A stretch of 58,546 bases of DNA from Limnothrix sp. (GTDB lineage Bacteria; Cyanobacteriota; Cyanobacteriia; Cyanobacteriales; MRBY01): NCBI GenBank assembly GCA_049644465.1, contig JBARRZ010000041.1:1-58546 (forward strand). Direction: 5' to 3'. The notes under the pieces are model-generated. The model was not told the DNA's origin. It did no database searches and worked only from the letters and a program-made list of their open reading frames with translations. Shown piece after piece: positions 40,112-48,232 of this stretch. Each line of letters begins with the position of its first letter. Position 1 is the stretch's first letter. The translations under genes were made by a program, and so were the position numbers.

Positions 40112-41463
40112 TATTGTTCCGCCACAATCGCCGAGGTATTTTCCTGCAGCACAGAGGCTTTCACTGGGATCGGGCCATTATTTTGAAACATGAGTGTATA
40201 AATATCCGTTGGCATTTCAATATCCGCCGCTTGCAATTGTTCTTTGATCGTTTGCGTCACCATTGAAGTCACTTGCATAAAAGATTGTTGACGAGAATTC
40301 ACCCAAAACTGCACCTTTAAATTCACCGTACTGGCCGCCAATTCTTCTACTAAGATCAACGGCGCAGGTTCCGTTTCTAACTCCAAAACCTCTGCCAAAG
40401 CCGTCTGGATCACTTCTTTAGCATGACTGAGATCTGCACCATAATCAACGCCCACAATCACATCACTACGACGAATGGGCGAAGCCGTATTGTTAGTGAT
40501 GCTGCTCTGGAAAACCTCCTGATTCGGGATATAAACCAGCCTGCCATCGTAGGTGCGGATCGTCGTTGCTCGTAACTGAATCTGTACCACTGTGCCTTCG
40601 TATTCATCAATCCGGACTTGGTCACGAATGCTAAAAGGTCGCGCAGCGAGCAAAATTACACCAGAAATATAGTTACTTAAAACATCTTTTAAACTAAAAC
40701 CGATCGCCACACTAGTCAGACCCAATGTCCCCAAGAGCGTCGCAAAATCTAGGCCGAGCACACCGAATGTAACCACGCTACCGATGACCCACACACCGCC
40801 ATAACACAATCGCCCGATGAGAATTTCTGTGCTGCGATCGCCATCCGTTTTTTCCGCCCACAGACGCGCAACCCGTTGAACCCCTTTCGCCACCACCCAA
40901 GTGATAATCACAATCAGACCAGCCCCCAAAATCGAAGGCAAATGATTGAGAAAATTACGCGTTAATTGGCGTGCTGTCCCGTCTAAACGTTGCACCACAT
41001 CGACAATCAAATCTGGTTTAATCAGAGACTTATTTAGACTTTGGCTCCATTCCTTCGCCAAAGTCTCCACTGAAATATCAAAGTCCGTTGCATCTTGTTG
41101 AGTCACCGTCATCAAAACACGGTTGTTCACCTGCAAAAGCGCAACCTCTTGCGCCTGACTCAGCTTCACCGTCACTGCATCCGGCACCTGACCCTGACTG
41201 ACCAAACCCGCAATTCGCCGATTGATAATTTGGGCTCGATCCGTTGCGCTCAAATTACCGACACTACCCACCTGAAACACTGGTTGGCCCCGCACCAAAA
41301 TATCCGCAAATAACAATTCACTTTGAGCCGTATTTGTCACAACTGGTGCAGACGGATTAACAAGAATATCTTCTTCTTGAGCTTGGAGCGACAACCCAGA
41401 AAAATTGACTACTGCCACAGTTACGACTGTGCTACCCCATCGCCACCAGACAGATCGATACAT
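40111..41463 (-). CDS. MscS-family mechanosensitive channel with N-terminal periplasmic domain
   Basis: Signal-like N-terminus; VFQV..SATDRA..IN.RI domain; AIGFSLKD.LSN.ISG.ILL..RPF; EGTV..I.LRAT.IRT.DG..VYIPN. Confidence 0.93.
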   Translation of the reverse strand: MYRSVWWRWGSTVVTVAVVNFSGLSLQAQEEDILVNPSAPVVTNTAQSELLFADILVRGQPVFQVGSVGNLSATDRAQIINRRIAGLVSQGQVPDAVTVKLSQAQEVALLQVNNRVLMTVTQQDATDFDISVETLAKEWSQSLNKSLIKPDLIVDVVQRLDGTARQLTRNFLNHLPSILGAGLIVIITWVVAKGVQRVARLWAEKTDGDRSTEILIGRLCYGGVWVIGSVVTFGVLGLDFATLLGTLGLTSVAIGFSLKDVLSNYISGVILLAARPFSIRDQVRIDEYEGTVVQIQLRATTIRTYDGRLVYIPNQEVFQSSITNNTASPIRRSDVIVGVDYGADLSHAKEVIQTALAEVLELETEPAPLILVEELAASTVNLKVQFWVNSRQQSFMQVTSMVTQTIKEQLQAADIEMPTDIYTLMFQNNGPIPVKASVLQENTSAIVAEQ

Positions 41464-41641
41464 AAAAAGCTCTCTTCAACTGCTATCTCACTATATTTGG
41501 CTTTATTACTGAAAATCCTCTGGCTAGGGTCAGAATTTAAAGAAAATCAGAATTAATTTGGTGATGAAAGTCGATTTTGATAAAAAAATTGCGATCAAAC
41601 ATTGTGTCTCGCTCATTTAGCCAGAAAGAAGCCTCATTTTT

Positions 41642-43291
41642 TTAAGCTTGTTCGTCGCGGGCATGGGCAATTTGCCAGCTTAGAAAAATGACTGGAATTA
41701 GGCCGACAACCAAGATCGCTAGGGCTGGAACGGAGGCTTCTACTAGTCTTTCGTCTGAAGCATATTGATAAACTTTGACGGCGAGCGTATCGAAATTGAA
41801 GGGGCGAATAACGAGTGTGGCGGGCAATTCTTTCATTACATCGACAAAGACCAGCATCGTTGCGGTCAATAAACCGCTCCACATGAGGGGAGTGTGGACT
41901 TGAAGCAGGGTTTCGATGGGGGAAGAACCGAGGCTACGGGAGGCGTCGTCGAGGGTTGGTTTGATTTTGCCGAGACTGGTTTCTACTGCGCCAAAGGATA
42001 CGGCTAAAAATCTGACTAGGTAGGCAAAGATGAGGGCAAAAATGGTGCCGCTCAGCAGCAAGCCTGTGGACATGTTGAATTGTGTTTGAAAAAAGTTGGC
42101 GATCGCATTATCGAGTTTACCGATGGGGATGAGAATACCGACGGCGATCACTGAGCCGGGAATGGCATAACCTAATGCTGCAACTCGAATGCCAAAACGC
42201 ATGGTGATACTCTGATTCAGCCGTTGACCATAGGCGAGAATGAGCGCGATGACAACGGCCAATGAGGCAGTTAATGTGGCGAGAATAAAACTGTGCTGGG
42301 CAAATTCCCAGAATTCTAAACGAAATTTTGCTTGGGGACGATTAATCGCCATGGAAAGGAGAACGCCGACTGGAATAACGAAACCAAAGATGATTGGCAG
42401 AGTGCAGATGAGAATTGACAAAATAGATCGCCAGCCGCTTAGTGCGTAAGGATTTGGCTTCGCGTAGTTGTTGCTAGTTTGGTAGTATTTCGCTTGTTGC
42501 CGAGACCATTTTTCGAGTAAAAGTAAGGCGGCAATAAACAGCATCAAGATGGCGGCTAGTTGCGCTGCGGCTTCGGGTTCGCCGAGGCCAAACCAAGTGC
42601 GATAGATGCCTGTCGTAAAGGTTTCAACGCCAAAAAATTGCACCGTGCCAAAGTCATTTAAGGTTTCCATTAAAGCTAGGGCTAAGCCTGCGGTAACGGC
42701 TGGACGGGCTAGGGGTAAGGCGATCGCCCAAAAACTTTCCCATGGCGTACAGCCTAGTGCCCGGCTGGCTTCGAGGGTTGTGGCGGATTGCTCTAAAAAT
42801 GAAACTCGCGCCAATAAATAAACGTAGGGATACAGCACCAAAATCAGCATAATAATTGCACCCCCCAGCGATCGCACATCGGGAAACCAATAATCCTGCG
42901 CCGACTGCCAGCCAAACCAACTCCGCAATAAACGTTGCACCCAGCCGTAATAATCCAGCAAATCAGTATAGATATAGGCCAACAAATAGGCCGGAGCCGC
43001 GAGGGGTAACAACAGGGCAACTTCCCAAAACTTTTTGCCCGGAAATTGGCACATCGTCACGAGCCATGCCGTCGAGATGCCCAAAGCGCTGACGCCCACG
43101 GCTACACCCAGCATCAGCCACAGAGAATTCGTGACATATCGCTTTAAAACCGTTTCTACTAAATGACGCCAGACATCTCCAGAATCCGCAAAAATACTAC
43201 TCAGTACAAACAGAATCGGAATCGCAATTAAAGTGGCGATCGCCAGCGTTAGCAATGTCCAAAAATTGGGCTTGAGGCGTTTCAATAGCAA
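41642..43291 (-). CDS. futB: Fe(III) ABC transporter permease
   Basis: Duplicated permease domains with EASRALG and DDASRSLG EAA loops; METLNDFG; MKELPATL..RPFNFDTLA. Confidence 0.92.
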   Translation of the reverse strand: MLLKRLKPNFWTLLTLAIATLIAIPILFVLSSIFADSGDVWRHLVETVLKRYVTNSLWLMLGVAVGVSALGISTAWLVTMCQFPGKKFWEVALLLPLAAPAYLLAYIYTDLLDYYGWVQRLLRSWFGWQSAQDYWFPDVRSLGGAIIMLILVLYPYVYLLARVSFLEQSATTLEASRALGCTPWESFWAIALPLARPAVTAGLALALMETLNDFGTVQFFGVETFTTGIYRTWFGLGEPEAAAQLAAILMLFIAALLLLEKWSRQQAKYYQTSNNYAKPNPYALSGWRSILSILICTLPIIFGFVIPVGVLLSMAINRPQAKFRLEFWEFAQHSFILATLTASLAVVIALILAYGQRLNQSITMRFGIRVAALGYAIPGSVIAVGILIPIGKLDNAIANFFQTQFNMSTGLLLSGTIFALIFAYLVRFLAVSFGAVETSLGKIKPTLDDASRSLGSSPIETLLQVHTPLMWSGLLTATMLVFVDVMKELPATLVIRPFNFDTLAVKVYQYASDERLVEASVPALAILVVGLIPVIFLSWQIAHARDEQA

Positions 43292-43665
43292 TGATCTCTA
43301 GGGAAGCAAACAACGATTCCATTGTGGGCTGAAGGGCGATCGCCACGCAACCTCCGCACCAGCAGTGCAAATTTTCTGTAATATACTTCATTACAAAAAA
43401 TAGTTTCCTCCAAACTGTACCTCTTCGAAATGAAGCCAAAACAAATAGGAAATCTGCGGGAAACTATTAAACAAATTAATAAAAAACAAATTATTTAGAA
43501 AACAAATTGCAGATTTCAAATTTAATAAAATCAAGAATGGATAGCGAAAAATTCTGTGTTAGATACCGCTCTAAAAATCTTGATTAAGCTAGTGGCGATC
43601 GCTGTCAATTTCTTGCTATAACCAAAGAACGACAACCATTCTCCTAATAACTTTTTTGATCAATA

Positions 43666-43908
43666 ATGAACCAACAACAATTTCTGACAACCGAAGAGTC
43701 ACTAAGTGTCGATGCCGCATTACTGACTAGCCCAGAAAAATTTCTTGCTCGACTTACCATTTCTTCTCAACGCTTACTGATGATGATTGCTAAAGATCTC
43801 GACTGCAAAGTAGAAGATCTCAGCTATCAACAAATCATTCAATGGTTCGAAAAAGATAGCAAAATTCGTCGTGAAGAAGGCGCAGAAGCAGCCGTCTTGA
43901 AATGGTAA
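43666..43908 (+). CDS. Conserved small cyanobacterial protein
   Basis: F.T.EES..VDAALL...EKFLARLTISS.RLL...WFEKDSK.RRE.G...A.LKW; clean 80-aa ORF. Confidence 0.8.
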   Translation: MNQQQFLTTEESLSVDAALLTSPEKFLARLTISSQRLLMMIAKDLDCKVEDLSYQQIIQWFEKDSKIRREEGAEAAVLKW

Positions 43909-44047
43909 CCTAAAAACAATATTTAACGATTTTGAAAACTAAATAGTAACGATAGTATTTGCGCATCTTTTATCTTTGGATTGCGCTATATTTTGCTGAA
44001 AATTTTTATCAAAAACAGTAGCTCTCGATCACTTAAAAATTTCATAC

Positions 44048-44093
44048 AAAGTTTCAAAAAAAAGTAGTAATTACCTTACTTTTTTAGAACTTT
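44048..44093. repeat. AT-rich imperfect inverted repeat between convergent genes
   Basis: AAAGTTTCAAAAAAAAGTA ... TACTTTTTTAGAACTTT. Confidence 0.55.
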
Positions 44094-44252
44094 ATAAAAA
44101 GCTTTAGTCTTGATTTTAATCTTGTGACAACATTATAAATAATGGGAAATTTAGGGGCGATCGCCCGTTAGTCACAAAAACAGAAGCTGGTAAATATAAA
44201 GCTGTGCCTCTCGAAGCAGGTCAAGCGATCATCCGAGAGTTATTGACGGAAC

Positions 44253-44299
44253 GTTTTGCCTAATTTGGAACTAAGCTGCTGATTCAAATTAGGCAAAAC
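44253..44299 (-). terminator. Hairpin immediately 3' of the S8 protease gene
   Basis: Perfect 15-bp stem GTTTTGCCTAATTTG / CAAATTAGGCAAAAC, 17-nt loop. Confidence 0.7.
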
Positions 44300-44305
44300 T
44301 CGTTA

Positions 44306-46078
44306 TCAAATTGCTGTAGCAGGTTCTTTCAACATCAATTTAGCGAGAGCGAAACAGAGCACAGCATTCACAATTAAGAATCCTTGGGCAAATATACCTG
44401 AACCCAACCCCCAGACCATCGGTGAAACAAAAGCATTAACCAATAGACAAGAAGCGACACCGAGGCTGAGGCCAACCCCAAAGCGTTTACCGATTTCTGT
44501 GCCAGCGATCAAAATCAGTAGACCAAATGGAATCAACACACTGGCGAAAATTGGATTTAGAGCAGCGCTGCCGTTCAGAGCATTGCCGATTTCTGGCAGG
44601 GAGCTACCCAACACTCTAAAAGGAGCTTGGGATAGATCGAAAATGTAAAAGCCTTTAAGGAAAAACAAGCCTGAGCTACCCATAATTAGGCCACTGCTGA
44701 GCGACCAACTCCAAGCAAAAGGAAAGTAGTTGCGTAGGAAAAAGGCGAGCAAATAAGACCCCAATACCATCGCGACTTTGGGTAGAAGGGCGATCGTGCC
44801 GCCGTCGATCCAAAAACGAGGACTGAGATAGCCATTGTCCCGTAACCAACGAAAGAAATCTTTGAACGTAATTTGGCCTTTGACTGCTTCTCGAACCGCT
44901 TCACCCGCATTGAGATAGCCTGCACCGTAATGGTTGAAAGGATCTTTCTCGATAGTTTGAGCGGACTGCTTAAGCACTTGCAGGATTTCAGCAGGCTCCT
45001 CGACGCCAGCTGCTTTAATCATGGCTGCAACGCCTGCGACGTGGGGCGCTGCCATACTGGTTCCTTTGAAGTCAGCAAAAATGGGTTGGCCAGAATCAGG
45101 ATCAATAGTTTCTTGAAGGATGCCGCCAGATTCTGCACCGCCTGGAGCGGCAATATCAACGCCTGCACCAAAGTTAGAGTAGGGAGCTTTTGCACCAGCG
45201 GAATCGATAGCAGAAACGCCAATTACTTTCGGGTAACGCGCGGGATAGGAAGCTGAATTCTGGCTCGAATTTCCGGCTGCGGCGATAATGACCACATTTT
45301 TTTTGTAAGCGTAATCAATAGCTTCTTGCATTAAGTGACTGGAACCACCGCCACCTAAGCTCATGTTGATTACATCTGCGCCGTTATCTGCGGCAAAGCG
45401 GATGCCTTCGGCAATATCTGCGATAGTGCCGCCGCCGTTTGCTGCTAAGACTTTGATCGGCATAATTTTGGCTTTGTAAGCAATCCCTGCGACACCGTAG
45501 CCGTTATTGGTGGACTGGGCAATTGTGCCTGCAACGTGGGTTCCGTGACCGACATCATCGTTAGCTTCGGGGCGATCGCCGACAAAATCATAGCCTTTCG
45601 TAAATTCTGTTTGGTCAAAATCCGGCACATCACTCACGCCAGTGTCAATCACCGCGACAGTGACGCCCTCGCCCTTATTCTCTGTCCAAGCCTGCTCTAC
45701 GTTAATGCTGCGGAGGTTCCACTGCTTGCTGTAATCAGGATCGTTGGGGACTGCGTAAGCTCGATAAATGTAGTTCGGTTCGATATATTCTGTTGATTTG
45801 GTTAGGTCAGATTTTTTTAGTTCATCCAGCAAACGAGGCGCATTGCCTGTCAACACATAAATGTGATCACCAAGGGAAAATTCGCTATTTAATTTCGCTT
45901 CTACATCATATTTTTGAGTCAGATCATCAACATATCTAGTGATATCTGCCTCGCTCACATCTTCTCGAAAATCAACCACCACAGAATCATAATTCCCTTG
46001 GGTCGCTAAGGTGGGCATCTTGAACAAAGCTAAACCCAGACCCACAATGAACAGCAGGGAGATGAGCAATTTCCGCAT
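44306..46078 (-). CDS. Subtilisin-like S8 serine protease with C-terminal multi-TM domain
   Basis: Catalytic motifs VAVIDTG, GHGTHVAG and GTSMAAPHVAG; N-terminal signal/prodomain; hydrophobic C-terminal region. Confidence 0.93.
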   Translation of the reverse strand: MRKLLISLLFIVGLGLALFKMPTLATQGNYDSVVVDFREDVSEADITRYVDDLTQKYDVEAKLNSEFSLGDHIYVLTGNAPRLLDELKKSDLTKSTEYIEPNYIYRAYAVPNDPDYSKQWNLRSINVEQAWTENKGEGVTVAVIDTGVSDVPDFDQTEFTKGYDFVGDRPEANDDVGHGTHVAGTIAQSTNNGYGVAGIAYKAKIMPIKVLAANGGGTIADIAEGIRFAADNGADVINMSLGGGGSSHLMQEAIDYAYKKNVVIIAAAGNSSQNSASYPARYPKVIGVSAIDSAGAKAPYSNFGAGVDIAAPGGAESGGILQETIDPDSGQPIFADFKGTSMAAPHVAGVAAMIKAAGVEEPAEILQVLKQSAQTIEKDPFNHYGAGYLNAGEAVREAVKGQITFKDFFRWLRDNGYLSPRFWIDGGTIALLPKVAMVLGSYLLAFFLRNYFPFAWSWSLSSGLIMGSSGLFFLKGFYIFDLSQAPFRVLGSSLPEIGNALNGSAALNPIFASVLIPFGLLILIAGTEIGKRFGVGLSLGVASCLLVNAFVSPMVWGLGSGIFAQGFLIVNAVLCFALAKLMLKEPATAI

Positions 46079-46259
46079 GAATTTTGTACCAAACCGACGT
46101 CCCTACTTTAGCTTATTTGTTTTTGAGTTGAGGGGTGTTGCGCGTTTTGTAACCATTTTTAGTGGCTGGATGTTACGTCGGCAGAAAAATGTAGCCGTTT
46201 TGTCCGAAATTTGAAATTTCAGGCACAATATATCAAACAAAATTTCAGGACGATATTTT

Positions 46260-47252
46260 ATGACTGGGTTGGCAACTTCGACACAGCAACTGCAACTTGT
46301 CTATTTGCTAGAAAAGGAAAATTTGGCAGAGACGGGCGATGCTTTTTTGCAGGGGTTACGACAGACTCCAAAAACAATTTCTCCCCGCTATTTTTATGAT
46401 GCTGCTGGCTCGGCTTTGTTTGAGCAGATCTGCGAATTGCCTGAGTATTATCCGACGCGGACTGAGGCGGAGATTTTACGGAAATTTGCGGTAGAAATTG
46501 CAGCGACAACGGGTAATGCAGAATTGATTGAATTGGGGAGTGGTAGCTCGACAAAAACGCGTTTTTTGTTGGATGCTTATCAGCCGTTTGGGCAGCTTGA
46601 TTATGTGCCGGTGGATGTGAGCGCAAGTATTGTGGAACTGGCGGCGCAGGGACTATTGCGGGAATATGACAAGCTTTCGGTAACGGGTCTAATTGGGACT
46701 TATGAGCAGGCGATCGCCCACTTACCCGATGCAGGCAATTTACCGAGAATGCTGATCTTTTTGGGGAGTACTTTAGGCAATTTTTCGCCATTAGAATGCG
46801 ATCAGTTTTTTGCCCAGACTCGGCAGTCGTTGCGCTCTGGTGATTACTTTTTGCTGGGGGTTGATCGTCATAAATCTACCGCAGTTCTCGAAGCGGCTTA
46901 TAACGATAGCACTGGGATTACAGCGGCTTTTAATCTCAATATGTTGACTCATCTCAATCAACGCTATGGCGGTAATTTTCAGACTAAAAACTTTGCCCAC
47001 CGTGCCATTTACAACACCGATCAACGTCAAATCGAGATGTATTTAGATTGCGAGCAAACTCAAGCGGTACATTTTTCAGTCTTAAACAAAACTATCGAAT
47101 TTACCGCTGGAGAAAGCATGTTGACAGAGATTTCTCGCAAGTTTGATCTACAACAATTGCAGAATTATCTCAAACAGCAAGGTTTAAAAACGGTGAAAAT
47201 GTGGGGCGATCGCCAAGATTATTTTGGGCTAATTTTGACGCAAGCAATATGA
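46260..47252 (+). CDS. egtD: L-histidine N-alpha-methyltransferase (ergothioneine biosynthesis)
   Basis: FYD..GS.LFEQICELPEYYPTRTE, ELGSGSSTKT, FLGSTLGNF, AYND..GITAAFNLN, TEISRKF. Confidence 0.94.
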   Translation: MTGLATSTQQLQLVYLLEKENLAETGDAFLQGLRQTPKTISPRYFYDAAGSALFEQICELPEYYPTRTEAEILRKFAVEIAATTGNAELIELGSGSSTKTRFLLDAYQPFGQLDYVPVDVSASIVELAAQGLLREYDKLSVTGLIGTYEQAIAHLPDAGNLPRMLIFLGSTLGNFSPLECDQFFAQTRQSLRSGDYFLLGVDRHKSTAVLEAAYNDSTGITAAFNLNMLTHLNQRYGGNFQTKNFAHRAIYNTDQRQIEMYLDCEQTQAVHFSVLNKTIEFTAGESMLTEISRKFDLQQLQNYLKQQGLKTVKMWGDRQDYFGLILTQAI

Positions 47253-47254
47253 AC

Positions 47255-48088
47255 CTAGTTTTCTTGCCAAGCCGCTTCTTCACGAGTGAGTCGAATCTGC
47301 GCAATGGTAATGACAGTGGGGATGACTCGGCCATAATTGGTTGAAATTGCTCGCCAACCCAAGTCAGCGAGAAACCAGCCCCACATCGCTGGAACCACCA
47401 TCCCAAAAGCACTCCGCATTGCGCCATAGCGTACAGCTGTTGTGGCCATGCCTTTTTTCGCCGCTTGCGCCGACAGGACAGATGCTAATTTTCCTGTGCC
47501 GCTCTTGACCGCAACTTTCGCAACTTGGTAGGACGTGAAGTGAATGGCAAATTGCCGCGCAATATTATTTAGCAATGCTGATTTTAAAACGGTACTCATG
47601 GCGATCGTGCTGCCGCCTTTGAGGAAAATTTTGAAAGGATTGTGCTGTAGCTGGACGGGCAATGGCTCCGGTAAATCTGCTTTACTCAAAGATTTTTGGA
47701 CACGATCAAGCAAGTCCTTTTTTTCAGCTTGGGGTAGTTTATGCCACGCTTTGCCAGTGAGGTGCAGGAAAATCTCTGCTTCTAAATCGGTTGTTGACAA
47801 GCCCACACCACCGGGTAAGCGCAAAAACTGACAAACACGCAGCAAAATTTGCCGATAACTCAGGACATCACTTTTGCGGCGTAGTACAGTGACCCCGTCT
47901 GCCGCGAGATAACGAAAACGATGTTTGATACTCTCGATTTGGCGATCGCGGTGTTGATTTTGGATAAAAACGGGTTCTGGCGTTTGCAGATAATCCAGCG
48001 GATTAAACTTACGACTAAACAAAATTTGTGATAGATGTTGTAGCTCTTCGTCGGTGGCCAATGCGAGGGCTGAGTGTAGCTCGTCCAC
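47255..48088 (-). CDS. YaaW-family protein
   Basis: DEL.SAL.LATDEEL, LFSRKFNPLDY, RFRYLAADG.TVL, ADLGWRAISTNY.R.IP; start set at GTG (VDELH). Confidence 0.8.
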   Translation of the reverse strand: MDELHSALALATDEELQHLSQILFSRKFNPLDYLQTPEPVFIQNQHRDRQIESIKHRFRYLAADGVTVLRRKSDVLSYRQILLRVCQFLRLPGGVGLSTTDLEAEIFLHLTGKAWHKLPQAEKKDLLDRVQKSLSKADLPEPLPVQLQHNPFKIFLKGGSTIAMSTVLKSALLNNIARQFAIHFTSYQVAKVAVKSGTGKLASVLSAQAAKKGMATTAVRYGAMRSAFGMVVPAMWGWFLADLGWRAISTNYGRVIPTVITIAQIRLTREEAAWQEN

Positions 48089-48232
48089 AGTGATTTCCGT
48101 CTCCAGCAAAATTTTGTCTATTTTAGACAAAATTTTTGATAAGTGGCCGCGTTACGTTGCTGTTTGTTGCGCTCAGAATGAGCTAATTGGTTGCGATTCA
48201 CCTTTTTTGTATTATCAAATTTAGAGAAAAAG

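Noticed and set aside
43375..43396. NtcA or Fur box upstream of futB (TGTAATATACTTCATTACA)
   Set aside because: Spacing is GTA-N11-TAC rather than N8, and it does not match a Fur box convincingly
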